DNA of 64,000 nt. It comes from Acanthaster planci (lineage: Eukaryota). Of this stretch, positions 36,101 through 50,311 are shown piece after piece. Positions within the stretch are counted from its first letter, which is position 1. Each line of letters starts with the position of its first letter. The notes below the pieces were generated by a model that worked only from the letters and a program-made list of their open reading frames with translations, was not told the DNA's origin and did no database searches. The stretch is taken from assembly GCF_001949145.1 (NCBI RefSeq), contig NW_019091355.1, positions 2,648,646 to 2,712,645 on the forward strand, read 5' to 3'. The translations under genes were made by a program, and so were the position numbers.

Positions 36101-39100
36101 TGGGCAGGTGTTGTTTTTTGTTCGTAGAAACAGTTGTCGTCGACCCAGATGCCTCTGAATCGTGACACCCGCGATGTACCGCAATATCCCTCGTACATGT
36201 ATTCAAATGATTTGTAATGGGTAAATAATCATTTCAAGGTTTCGATCCAACAGTTTGTAACGTCGCAGAGAAATAAAGCCTTCAACATTATTCCATTTGG
36301 AGAACCTTTTGGCAGCCGTTTGCATCTACTTTCCTTTTTTACCTTTTATGTCTTTTTAAAATGGAAACGGTCAGAAAAATAAGTGACTGGTCTGTCATCG
36401 TCAAAACTTCATTTTGTTTTGGCCTTAGGTCACGAGTTCAAGTACTATTCTCTAAGGCCTATAGATTTCAATTTGTCTTAAGTTAAAACTTACACAGAAG
36501 AACCTCTGGCCTTTGCACTGGTGATTTCGCGCTTGTTTTTATATGGGTTTCCTATGGAGCGAATCTGTCGTTTCCTCTTGAGAAATTGCATGTAAACAAA
36601 GCGTGACGTCATCAATATAGAAGCTTTTAAAAGTAGGCCTTTATACCAGTTGTTAAATTTGCAAGATGTGCTTTAGAGGGAGGGGCTTATTCTGGGGGGG
36701 TAGAAGGTGCCATAGTCTCAAGCGGCCGTCCACTCTCTCCGTTGGCGCCCTCTCGAAATGCACTGATGATGTCACGTTGGTAGTGCCAAGAGCGATTTGC
36801 GATTTGTTCTCCTGAAATGCAGGGGATGGGCGTGGCCATGCAGGATTTTTCCAGAGGGCAAAGCACACATTGGTAGTTAACTGACAATCGATTTTTGACC
36901 AAAATGATGACTTTTATCCCATTTCACTCCTTTCCCTTGTTTATTTTTTTTTCATTTTTCCAGCGACCTTTTCGTCCCCCGTTTTCGAACAAAACTGACA
37001 GTTCAGTCCACGTCACTTGAAACCAAAGGCTGTTTAGTGCGTGTTACGATTTCAATATTCGCATATGTTAGCCTAACTGGGGTTGAATATGTGTTTGAAA
37101 CCACACATGACAACATATTATCTTCCTTGCCGCAATTTTTTGTTTGTGTGATGTTTAGTGCTACTTGACGACATTCAAGAAATGAAAAAGAGCCGGGCAG
37201 AATTCGGTGTATTTATTGAATGTCTTCTTTTGATTCTATCAAAAGAAGACATTGCTATTTCTCGTTATGCAGTTCTCAACATGTAATGAATAAAATTTCA
37301 TCTGAAACTTTATCGGATTGTTATTCCTGTTCATTTCAAGTTCCATCAGTGACCCCATTCTCCGTCCTTTCCTTTAATTTCATTTCTTCCAAATATCACC
37401 CGTCTTCGATTCTATCCCTCAATATTAAACAACCCCCCCCCAAAAAAAATATATGATTTTGAGCCTGGGAAATGTCTTCAGGACGTGCGCAAACACGGCC
37501 CCCTAATCCCTGGTGGATCGGTCGCGTTTCGTGGCGGAGTTTGTGTCTACTTCCCGGCCGAGCTTTTCCGCCGCTCGAAATTTATACAAATTAAGCACAC
37601 GTTACGATCCAGGCTGATCAGCAAGAAGTGATGGATGGCTGTGGCAGACAAGGATGAAATACATTAGCCTACTATTACGTCCACACTGTCGATTTGCATG
37701 ATGGGAGATATATTGTAATTCGTGCATCCATTTCAGGGTAAGAGGATTTTGAATTTGGTATGTATATCGGACAAATTTTATCTGACGTAAGAAGAAAAGC
37801 ACAGCTTCGAGTGAATTTAAATTTTAGTATTGGATTTTGCCGTTTTTATATCACAAAGAATTTTCGCTGACGTTGAATTTGCATGATTAGATTTCCACAA
37901 ACACAATATTTTAATCTTTCAAGCGTAGTTAGACCAAAGCAAGTACAAATGCACATATAAAATGCTCAATTCTTAAATTTAGAGTTACTTCATAGTAAAA
38001 ACTCTAGTTTTTTAATATATATTTACATGTAAATATAGGATTTTTCAAATATACGTTAATATAAATTCAAACACATTTTGAGAAAAATGAAACGTCATTC
38101 GCAGCTATAAAATATTGTTTGAATTATTAATTTCATTATGAAGTTGGTCAAGGAATGACCATCACCGAATCTTCGATACCTTTTTTTCTCAAATGAACAT
38201 TCTTTGCTCTCGATTTGTGCAGATACCGGTTGAAGCTAGTGTCGAGTTGGACGGCTTTGCCTGAAAGAAATTTGGTGAATGGAACAGCCGTCAGCGTTAG
38301 CTCTGTTAACTGACGGGCGGGCTAAACCGATTAGTCAGTTCAGAGTTGTCGCCTTCGTATAATTCAGTGATTTGATCAGAGCGTCCATCCCCCCACCATC
38401 AGACAAACGGATTGCCGGCCAAAATCACCCTTTTATTTCAGTTATTTGAGGCAGTTTATTATCTCCACATATAGTTTCGAGATGCTCATTGGTGAGGGAC
38501 TCGATGTTCGATTGCAATCGCTACTTTAATTCACTTTGGTGGAAGTGACATGAACGCGGTGTTTCTGTGTCATTATGACGATCCTGAATTTTTCTTGAGG
38601 AATTGGCACCAACTGAGTTCAGATTTAAAAAAAAACCAAAACTGTGAATAATTCTTCTATTCTGCCCTTTTCAGCTGTTTTCTCCCGTATTTTTTTTCTT
38701 CCCTGCAACAGATTTTCAGTGTTTGATTAACTTTGGTTCGTCAAAGAACAAGGATTCCGCCTGCATTAATTTTGGCACTCGCAAACTGAAGTTCGCGTCG
38801 CAAGGATGGATTTTCAGTCGTGGGTTGCATATGGCCGACCCCGATGGCCTCATGCTCGGCGAATTCCCAAGACATTCTCAAGGAGGCAGTCTCGCCTCAT
38901 CTTCTTGCCTCCAAGACACGCCAGAGCTAAAGTCTCGTAGACAAACATCAGAGATTATCTAAAGGCTCGCTGGTCTCCATGGGGACACGACAAAGGAGGG
39001 GGGAAAAGTCGTCGTAGAACAGGAAAGATATGGCGATAATTTCGTAGATCGCGTTTCCGTTTTTTTTTTAAATCGTGTGAGTGTACTTTCTTCGGCAGAC

Positions 39101-42100
39101 GCCCTTGCACACACGGAACATTTGGTTAATGTCTCTTTGCCGTTCCCACACCAAATTCATTTTTTTTTCATTCTAATATTGTTTCCGTCAGGTAAACTGC
39201 GTGATTTGTTGTATGACATTTCCACGGTCTTATGTTCATATGTCTAACGTGTCATTTGGAATTGTATGTAGTTGCTCATATAATGCAAGATATGGGGCGG
39301 AGAGAACCCCCCCCCTTGTGTTGGTCATCGTTTGATCGGAATCTCGGGAATTCTTTACAGACTTCTAGGAGGGATGTGTTAGGTAACAATAGTCTAGAGT
39401 GTGTATAGGGATTGGACATGTGGGGGGGGGACCCATCGGCCCCATATCGCGCACGGTATCTAATTGCTTTCCAATGAAAGTTACAATATACATGACTGTG
39501 GTAACAATGATTATGTTACCATTTTACTACGAGTACTTTGTTTGGTTCGGTGAGCACAGATGTCAATTTTCTTTTTTTGTATTTTTTTTAAATTGTCGGC
39601 AATCAAATTATTTGTATTTTCAGCCCGTCCAAAAACAAACGCGTGTGGTTGCCCCAGAAGCTGTAACCGACAGCAGTGATGTGTCATGGAGAGTGGACAT
39701 CAAAAATATAGCTGGCTGTAAGTGGGGAAAAAAGGAAAATCGATCGGCGGTAATGGTACGACACCGAGGCTCTAACTCGACAATGCGTTCTGATTGTCGT
39801 GATCAATATCTTAATCAAGCCGTCGATGCTGTTTACGCAGTCCAACTTCATTATAGCTTTTAAGAGAAATAATAAATTTACTATTGGTAAATGAAGAGGT
39901 GTTTATAGACGAAAATAAGAGGTGAACAAGTTGTGTTAATTTTAAAATGTGTTGTCAAAGAATAGTTTTTTAATTATCAAGTGTGCCAGACATGTTTCGC
40001 TTGAGTGATTCGCATGTTCGAAATTTGGATGCGGGAATCAAATGAAAACCTTGACATTTCGTGATGGGGGAAAAGAGAGCCATCAAAGTTATCAAATGTA
40101 GCCTAATAACATCAGACCGTTCGGTAAATGAAAATCAGAAATTGGAAACGCACTAAGGAAAATGCCGCGTACGCGAGCCTTTTGAACGATAGAACTTGAA
40201 AGGATAAAACAGCAGATATCGTGAACAAAGAGAAGTGGTATCATAAAGCTTACGACAGAACCTTTAATGGGCTTTTTAGGTTCACTTTTAGAAACCACGC
40301 CTTGTACAGTTTTGCTTGACCCGAGAAAGTTTATCACATGCAGAAAAGGTTAACAACCAGTGTGTTTTATTGTTGTTTTTTATTGTTACTTTAATGTCAT
40401 TATTGTATAAGCAAACATTTCCTGACAATTTCAAGTAATTTGGATCATTTTGAGGCCTGACTAGAAATGACGATTTGAACCGTTCGGGGAGTTCAAAAAA
40501 AGGCGCGAGGAAGTAGCCCAGAGATCGCATACAAAACGGGTAGAGGTAAAAGGAGGATGCGAGTGAAGAGCGAAAATGAGAACGAGGTGAGACGCTGTCA
40601 GAACCTGTTCGCGTCGCCCGATCCCCCCCAGCGAAAGCAGGAAGGAAACACGGAATGAAATTAAGGCCAGACCAAAAGTAATGTACGCGCGAATTGGATG
40701 TGAAGGGGCGGCAACTTGCCAGGCCGGAGGGGGTATGGCATTGGCGGCCGTTGCGTGTACTTGATTAGTTGACTTCTCGGAACCGAGGACGGTGGGGAAA
40801 TTCAACTACATTGTACTGTTCTGCATAGTAATTACACCCATTGACATCGTGTTAGTTTGTCGAAACTCCCTATTAAGTTCAAATGTGTGAAAAACACAGC
40901 GTGGCTTTGTTTTTCAGGCCGTCTTTATCTCTATTCTTGCTCATCATCAGGAATATTCAACAATGTACCCCTATAGTGCATTTTATGTTACTACTCAAAG
41001 AATGTATCACTGACATGTTAAAATATTTTAGCAATGTTTTAAGGGATTTTTTTTCCGCGATGAACAAATGAAGTGGTCGACAAATTTAGTGCTTCATTAT
41101 GGTGGATTCGCACCTGAAAATCAGAACCAAAGCGACACAGAAGTCACAATAACGACACCCCACGTTCGTGTTTTGAGCAGACTCGAATTCGAATTTAATG
41201 ATATGCAGGCACTAAACTTGAATAAATATGCTTAGTTTTTCACTTTTTATATATGAGACCAAAATAATCAAATTATACGAACCCAACAATTATCAAATAT
41301 TGGAGAAAGAAATCAAATTTAGTCATCATTTTCCATTGTAGCTGCTGCCCCAGACATAAAGAATGAAGTAATTTTATTATATTCATCTAGGTCTCTTCGT
41401 TCCTCTTTTCTTTTTTATCCTTTCTCTCAATTACAGAGTCGGCGGCGGTACTTTCTAGTGGTGAGATGTTCTTTGTCATTTTACGCACGCAGCGTAATTA
41501 CGGCGCGCTGTTCAGGCTGATGTAATCTAATTGAGCAGCACGGCATTTTCATTTTTCCCATTTACTTGCCTGGAATAACATCGGCACTGTTGGCAGCGCG
41601 AGTGAAGCGACTATAGCGGGAGCTGACGGGTACGAGCCACACCGCACAAACACGACTGGCCATCACGGAAGGGTCCAAGCCTTCATCCTGTATCTCGCTG
41701 ACTTCGCCACTACAGACGAGAGGTTGATGTCACGCCGCGCGGAAGCGATCATTCATGTTTGCTCTAGACTCCTCGAGTGCTGCATGGTCATCTTGGAGCA
41801 GATTGCCCGCGGACAACAGTGGCTTCTGGACAGTTTGTGTGGGGGCATGAGAGCCGTTTGAATTATACAAGTAACTGAGTATTTATTTCTTTGGACTGGC
41901 AACACCAAGAAACGTGCGGTAAACGTGAGGTACTTGCTGCTGAATGACAGAGTCGGTACACGGTACACGGTACACGATCGTTTGGACTTAAAATCACACA
42001 CTACCTCGCTTTTCAACCCAGTGGTCCATGGAAAGAAACCACAACAGAGAACTGACTATTAGGATACAAGGATCTTCGAACTTCATCCTTTCATCAGTGC

Positions 42101-45100
42101 CAATTGATAGAGAGCAGTCAAGACGACAGTTTGAGTGCGGTGTACACCTTAAACCACGTCGCAGAAGAGTGGTTGCTCAGTCTTCGAAGAGGATTGGTGA
42201 TCTAAGTACTGGCTCCCGTTCAATCGACGTTAAGTATTTCTCATCCTTAACACTTCTCTGTCCAAACACGCTGCCACCGCCGAAGACGTTGAAAAAAGTG
42301 CCTAGCAACGATGTATTGTTACCAGTGTTCGTCAATTCACGCGCCGGCTTCACAGCTCAATGTCTCGTCGGGAACTTGTGAAGAATCCGGTTGCTCTTGT
42401 AAGTATTATTTTTTCAAGTTCCGCATTCTGCGTTTGCCTTTAACTTTCCTATAAGATGGAGGAATTTTAAATTCATCATGGATAGATGAGACACTGGTGC
42501 ATTTGTGCAGTACAGGGCAAGTTTTCCCCTTTTCAAGACTCATGGACTCATTACCGTTCCGAGTTTGTTCAGATCAGTGAATTCTTTCAGTGTTTACATC
42601 GCCCTTGGTATGATTTGCATTCAGTATAGTTTTTGGAACAGACCGGGGAAAGACGGGAAACTAACATAAAAAAGAAAATGCGAAGTAGCTTCCAAAGTGG
42701 GTCTTGAGGCCTCTTCTCGGGTCCTTTTATTCTGACCTTGGAGAGAAGAAAATGGACTCTTTGTTTTAATGTAATCATCTACTTTAGGACTCCGATGGAG
42801 GTGGACAGTTATTGAGGTTGAAGTGTAAAAGGTTCCTTAAACTCACAAGTGGCAATGGCGAGTTCGCAACTCAATTTGTTAACAAAACAAAAGTTAATTT
42901 GGAGCAGTTTGAGATCACGGCTCGGCACAGCAGTGGTTAACTTCATAAAAAAATCTTCAGTTGGAAAAATGGGGGGGTGCAAGAACGAATCGCTTGGAGA
43001 ACATATTTTAGTGCAAAGAATATTTCCATTTCATCCTGTTATTCTTTCCCCAGAATATCAATCCGTCAAATTTTAAAATGTCCCTGAAGTAGCCATATTA
43101 CCCACGACCTTTCGGTGTGGTCATACGATGCGACTATCAAACAGTACCCCGACAATTTGGAAAGAAGCAGGTGCACGGGGCGGGTCCGCTCAAAACCGAC
43201 AACACTCCTGAGAAGCGGAGGGCGAGGCACAGCAAGAAAAAAAAGGAACAAGAAACTGTGAAGAGTTGGAAACGGTCACAAATGAAGAACACGATTGTCT
43301 TCAGAACCACACTTTGGGGGTGAATTGGAATAGGTTTTTTGTAATCGCCTTTTTCTCTTATTTCATAAATCAAAAATGCCACCCTGGGGAAGCATGACCC
43401 CTGTTGCCCCTCCCCCCCGATCCGCAAATGTCCCTCACGGTGACTATAAAGGGTTGAAGCGACGACACGGGCACTTCACCGGGAAAGAGTTGTATAATAC
43501 GATGTATTTCCGTAGGCAATACATCTACTCAGCCGGACGATGAGATTCCAAACTGAAAACGAATGAAGAAAAATTAGGGGGGGGGGGCTGAATTGCTGGA
43601 ATCATGACTAGATCATGTCTCCGCTCGTTACATGGAATCTTCGATGGAGCGACAAGATGGGAGGGATGTTTCAGTGATAGGCTGCACACACTCCAACACC
43701 TACATGATAACGTTAAACCTGGGAATGTATAGTGAGCGAAGCTGAAAAGATAGTTGGGACCAGTATAGTTCAAACTGGACCAAGGCATGCTATAGTCATA
43801 ATCATATCATCATAGCGAACAGCAGCCACAAAGAGAGAATGCAGCCAGTCATCATGGACTCCATTCATGCATTGATATATACGTTCACATGGCAGTCTCT
43901 GGCCACGGCCCGTTGGTTATTCAACAATGGTATCATGTCGGAAGACCAGTCTGTGATTTTTGCATGCACATTACCATTTAGAGACCTAACTCTGGCAAGT
44001 ATAGTGATCGAATGGTCAACTTTCAGTTAATTGAAGCCATTTTTTTTCATTTGTTTCAATTGTGCAGAAAACTGATAAAAACAGACAGTTAAAAATAAAG
44101 TGTGTAATCAATAAATACGTTTTTGTCTGGATCACAAGGCAAGGATACTTTTCACTTCGAAGAGGAAGTAAATTTCCTTTTACGCATCAAGAAATTCACC
44201 ACAGCCTCTTTAAGAAATGCGTTGATCCAAATTTTGAAATCTTAAAATGCTAACGACTTGTTCACAAGTCTAAGGATGGAGGCACGCGTTCGTACGGTAC
44301 CGTTCGTAGCACCTGGACACGCCTCGGTAATGAAGCTTCATTATCCCGACTAAATCTCTAGCTTCTATCTACAGGCGGCCATTCCCAGCCAATTGAGTTT
44401 TTGCAAAAAGAAAAAAAAAGGTAATGAGTGCTTCATTGTTGGTATTAAGACGCTCATGCCATCAACACATGATGTGTTGAGATAATTAGAGTCGCATGCG
44501 ATGCACCTTGCTTCCAATTAGACCAGCCTTGAAGCTAGTTTTTACTCGCGCCGAATGCCCGTGCCTATAATGAGTCCCGACCATCGCCTGATTTAAACTG
44601 AATTTTTGTCCATAAAAATCACTCAAGATAACAAAACAGAACAATTCATTCAGTGTAAGATTACCGCTGGTAAATGTGGACACAACTTCTTTGTCGGGTC
44701 AAGGGTAACCCTTAATTAATATTAAATCGAAATTTTTCCACCTGATTTATTTTCTATACATTTCAGGCATGAAATCAAGAAAATTGCTCGAGCTATCTCC
44801 ATATTCTGACTTAAAACCAAACAATAAATACTACCTGGCTAAATGCTGATCGAAGATACAACCCTTTAGGGCAAAAGTACATTTCGAGACAAAACCTGGC
44901 GTCACCTCTCCTTGTTGATATTTCTGCAGACTTTTGCTGCTCATACTAACGGCTAGGTATTACACAACAGAGGTCTGGTACCATATTTGTTTGTGTTTGT
45001 GGATTTCTTCTTTTAATCTTGTATTTAACTCTTTCCTCTTAGATGCCGTTGTGTCAGGACCCTTCCTCCTATTTATACGCTATATGTTTAGCTTCTCCAA

Positions 45101-45457
45101 TTCCCATCTTATTTCTGGTTTCAAGTCCATACAGCTGTCTCTTTTATTCGAATGCCTAACAGCATGCATCTGGCTAATTGTGGTCACATTTTGGATGCAC
45201 TCTTCACCTTCGACTGTCTTATCTCGAAGGATCTCTCCTCTAGCATCCTCTAGCAGCTTACGAATCTGGCCGTTTCTTTATGTCGCCATGCTTCAGTCTT
45301 CTCCTCTTGCGCGTGTAAGCTGCGGGGAGCAGGAAGCCCCGAGTTTCTCCCCCGTGGGACCCTTGGTCCTGCAGCCCAGCAAGCCCCCTAATCAAGTTAG
45401 CTTTCCCCGTACGTCGTTCCCTTGCATCAAGCCATCGCCCAACTCATGGGTTATGAA

Positions 45458-45570
45458 TAATACAATTACTAAATTACGTCGGCAGCAATTTTCCCCCCTA
45501 ATGCAATTACAGGGGATGCGCTTAACGGGAGCTTTTGAAATATTTAGCGCTCTGTCAATACAATTATAAT
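45458..45570. promoter_or_regulatory. Cluster of P3-type paired-homeodomain dimer sites upstream of DRGX
   Basis: TAATacaATTA at 45458-45468, TAATgcaATTA at 45499-45509, and a near-match CAATacaATTA at about 45557. Confidence 0.45.
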
Positions 45571-48500
45571 GAGTCGGAATCGTTCTTATGATGTAACGCT
45601 ATTACAGTTTTCCTGCTAAATTCAATTTGACGATGGAGAGCCTTTTGTGTTGTTTGAGGTAACTCCATTATATTTCGCCAAACTTCAAATCGTGCGCACT
45701 GGACGCAGTAGGCTGATGAGGTTCGGCTTGTTCACTCAGGAGGAAGATGCTAAATGGGAGGGTAGATGGGGGTGTAATTTTTGTCTTCACGCCTGAGTGG
45801 TGGATTTCCCCCCTTTTTTTCCCTCGACTGTGTACTGTCTTTCGATCGAGGCTGTGTCGGAGAGCCGACGACGCCCCAATAATCTCTCGCAATTAGCGGA
45901 CGAAATTTGACGGCGCTTCGGCCAATGTTGCTAAATCCGCAAATCACGATGGTAGAGAAGCATGAACGCACAATCAGTTGGAACTCTTTTGCCACAAATG
46001 CGTGAAACGAATTTCACCCATGCAGATACACCTTTGACGAATATGCAGCCATTCGGCGGGCGTGGCTGTGGGAGGTTTGTTTGTTCGCTCTGATTTGGTC
46101 CTTTTTTGAAATTTAAACCTTATGCCTTAAGGAGTTTACAGAGTAACTCTTTGAAGTCCTTTTGACACCAGTTTGGTGAAAATCTGATGTACCGTTCTTG
46201 CGCAACGTGCATTTTTCCGAGACGTTTCAGCCAAATAATGTATATTTACTTTTATCATTGATGTGCTCGGTGCACGCGGGCTGGCGCGCATGTAGGCTTG
46301 AACCTTAAATGACAAAAGTATACGTTTGATTGAGTTAAAACTTCACACTTGTAATGAAAACGAGTGTCTTTACACGCATGCCAAGTGTCCAAAAAATTGA
46401 GCAAGGCACAGCCGAAATAACCCGGCCGTTTTAGGGTTAAAGGTCGCGGGAACTCACCAAACCACAACCAGTAGGGGGTGGATCAGGGAAACCGACTTCC
46501 TGGCATCATAACTGGACAAGAAAGACCCAACCTACTTACCAAACCACAGCCAAAGTGTGGCGGGTCATTAACTCACCAATGCGCAGCTAGAATGACATTT
46601 TTAATGGATAAAATTTGGTTTCAACCTTTTATCCGATAAATACTTTAAACTAGTTTTTACTGAGCTTCGGCACTTTTGCCTTTGCTCCTCACATTTATTT
46701 CAGTTTCCTTTAAAAGCCATTACAGGGGGACCTCTTTCGGCGCCAATTATCATTGGATTGTGTTAACCCCTGCGTTAAGAGACTTCTTTCACACCCCTGG
46801 CAAAAGAACAGCCTTCAGTATATCCTGACGTTGTACTTCCACCTTCTGATCTAATTTATCAGACACATTCAAAGTGAAAAATAGGTTATTTATATACAAA
46901 TTTGCAATTACATTCACAAGTCGGCTGATAGCTGAGGGGGAAGGCGTCTGGTTACGAATAGGGGTCGGCTGTTGGAACGATGAAAAATAGGAACGGGAGA
47001 ATCACCAACGCGTCCAACGTGTGTGACGAATGTTAGGTGATCTGTTTCGTGTATAACGCATGCGCGCCGCAGATACACGATGCTTGACTGACGCGGGAAA
47101 AAACAATGCTTCCCTCTCGTCTGCTCTTGAAGTAGGCGTAAGTGTAGCCATCGGCTGGTCTATGGGGTCAACGGGGGCCCACCCCAAAAAGGAAAATTTG
47201 TATCAATCTGATGAGAGAATTGCAATTTTGGGACTATTTCATTTGTATCTTCTTTCAAAAGCGTGTAAAAAGTTTGTAAAAGCCTCATCTCTCTGTAAAA
47301 GGCATACATTACAAATTGCAAACACGTTGTGCTCCCTACTCGAAAGAAATCCCCCGCCCCCTAAAATTTGATGTCGAATCCACTCTTGGATGTGGCTAGC
47401 CTCATTTCCATTTTCCAAGCTCTCACTTCAGTCATCAGGATGATGTGTCGGTATCCCTTTATTTGACTCTGTGGAAACACCAATCACGAGTGCGTATAAA
47501 ACTCTGTCTCGTTTTGTCAAAGCACTTCTGCATGCATGTAGCACTCGAACATTGGTCGGTATTCAAAGCTAATGTTCGTGATTACGTTAAATCTTACTTC
47601 TTTTCTGTTTTCTAACGCTAAATAAATGAGGGGTCCCGTATGTGTTATTCACCATTGCGTACAGTCTTACATGAATATGAAATTAAAATTGAGATAAAAA
47701 TTTTAAAAAGGGTGGTGGAAGTGGGAATACTATAAAGTTCATGAAGCATCCAAACGCTGGTAATAAACGTCATGTGGGCACTGTGCATCTCGTGTTTTGT
47801 ACATTGTGAATGTTGGACAGTGAAATACGTACAGTGATTGCTCTGTCTATCGTATTTCGGCTTTAATGCACTATTAAACGTCACGGACCTTCATAATCAC
47901 ACTGATAACTTGCAGGAAAATTTAGACCAGAGACCGGTGAAGCTATAGCTCAAAACTGATTTGTTGATATAATTTGGAGGATTGAGCATTCATTCGTAGG
48001 AAAAGGCTTTCGAGCAGGAAGATCGGTGCCATAATACAAAATGACGTGTAGAATGTAAATTCTTCGAAACATCAGGCTTTTTTAATTTGGTTGTAACTCA
48101 GGTTCTAAATGATTTCAAGCAAATCTTTTGCCTCGTTTTGGTGGTAATAGACATTTCAAAAAAAAAAACGACGCCTATCGAAAGGTCATGATCATTGAGT
48201 AATGCACTAGAATTTTTCCGTTGGCAACCAGCAATATTCAAATCAGTCGTTTAGAAAAATTCCCAGAGGAAGACACAATGGTTACAGGCATAATGCGCAA
48301 CGCCCAACCAACTGATGCCTAAATAAGTGATAGAATACAACATTGTCGCATTGCTATGGCAACCACAGACATGTACACGAAGTTGCCCTCTATTGAATTA
48401 TCCTCAGTAACGTCATTGCGTTTTGCTTTCTCACGTTTGACTGGATCCTTGCATTAATTTTGCTTCGCGAAGATGGAAAAGCAAACATTATGATGACGTT

Positions 48501-50222
48501 CGTTTAAGAAGCCGTTTTATTTTGTTTTTGGAAATGAACGAGTTGTTTTAACAATCTGAGATGAAAAAAAATGTTTCTGGAATACGCGGATCTCAAAGAT
48601 ATTATCTAATCACAAACACTGCATTTTATACGAGTTGATTTCACGCGCTGTTGATGTTTCCCGTTTCGTTTATGCGTTTGTCTTTGTGGCCCGCTGATTT
48701 AGCTCCGAACAACTGCGAAAAGCGTAGTATAACTTTTTAAGTAGTACTAAGTAGCTTAACACTGGCAACCTCCTTTCCTACAAATAATCCTAAACCCGCA
48801 GAAAATAAAACTTAAGAAGATAAGCATTTTCACGTGATTAGACGTGCATGGTCCCCGTTGTCTCTTAGTCCGTTAGATGTCGACAAACTTAATGGTGCTC
48901 TTGACCCTAAAAACAGAGATTCTCCAGATAAACTGATCGACGCACGGAAACTCATCTTGTCCCCGTAATTTTTAGTTTTTATTTATAACAAGTAATAGGA
49001 AGATTGCTTTCCGTACATTTATCAGTCCGTTCTTTGCTATTAGGGAAAACCAACGAGTGGGACCACTCAACAAGGAAGCAATCCGGTCCCCACCTGCTGA
49101 GGGGACCTGCAGTATCTTCCATTGCACGCGTGACACCCGAATTCACAAATCCACCCCGAAATTCAAGCCAATTATTATAACGCTCCCACACATTACTAGC
49201 ATTCGCATAACAACTTGCTCCACAGTCGGCGAAAATTTTCAGGAAGGAAATTCCCGAAAAAACACAAAACAAAACAAAACTGAGGATGATTCGGTTGACA
49301 ACATGGCTGGTCGCTCGATCTATGCTCAACCGAGTTTAATTCGCTTGCCCTAATTACGGAGAGAAAATCGTGAGTGCGACATCTTTGTGGCATGTCAATA
49401 AAATTACTTCGGGTCTAATGGGATCTAGTTTCCTAATTCGATTTAAAACGATGGCTTTTCTCCGCAGCCTCCCTGTGCAAACAACATCCACATGAAGAGG
49501 GGGAAATCTCGGCAACATTTACTCAACAATAAACGGCACGCTGCGGCTGGGGATATGCGCCCAATTTAAAAAAAACATGGCAGTGGAGAGAATTGGGGGG
49601 ATATAGTATACACTTTAAAGTAGGTGAATCAAGAAGTGCGCGTGCCACAGGGGACACGAATTATGAAATGTCCCAGTCACGAAGATCGCTTTTAATAGCT
49701 TAAAAGGTATTCTGAAGTGAGTGGGGTATATAATCGAGTTAGATGGAACAATATTTGTCAGGTCTGGATTTTTTTATCAGGGAAGTATTGAAATGTCTAG
49801 TCAGAGAAGCCTCGGGCGGTTTTTTTTTTGGGGGGGGTTCGCGTTGAAGTTTTCGTTTCCCTTGAAAAAGTTTTAAAGTAGTTCTTGCCGCGTGGGCATG
49901 CACGTGTTCAGTGTCGGCGCCCTCATGTGAAGTTATGCAGCAGGTGGCTGCCACATGCGAGTCTATGTGTGGAATAATATTATTGATCTCTTTTACAGCA
50001 AATTCATTTTAATGAATAATAATTTATTCATTAATTAAGCGCAAATTTCATACATATTGCTCAGTTGCGCTGTACTATGAAGTCATTAAACGTGGTGTAG
50101 CCAATGGCAGTGGGTTTTTCCGCCATATTTGTGGTCATGGTGTTTTTTAGTGTTGGTTTTAGAATATTTGAAACAAAATGTTTGATCAGAAAATACAACT
50201 TCTGAGTATTTGTTTTGTTTAG

Positions 50223-50311
50223 ATGGAGATTTATCATACGTAAGTGACGCCGACGATGGGTTTGCCCGAAGAAAGCAACGACGAAACCGAACAACATTCA
50301 CCTTGCAACAG
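50223..50311 (+). CDS. DRGX: DRGX exon (pre-homeodomain and N-terminal arm)
   Basis: tttgtttag acceptor; [29 protein letters not shown]; gtaaac donor; phase 1->0. Confidence 0.9.

Noticed and set aside
39399..39863. 154-aa ORF
   Set aside because: Runs through poly-G and poly-T tracts with no recognisable protein signal.
44934..45569. 211-aa ORF
   Set aside because: Non-ATG start, Ser/Leu/Phe-rich composition from pyrimidine-rich DNA, and no recognisable domain or exon structure.
46120..46440. Possible piggyBac-like fragment ending agggttaa
   Set aside because: Only one putative terminus was seen, with no matching TIR or TSD.
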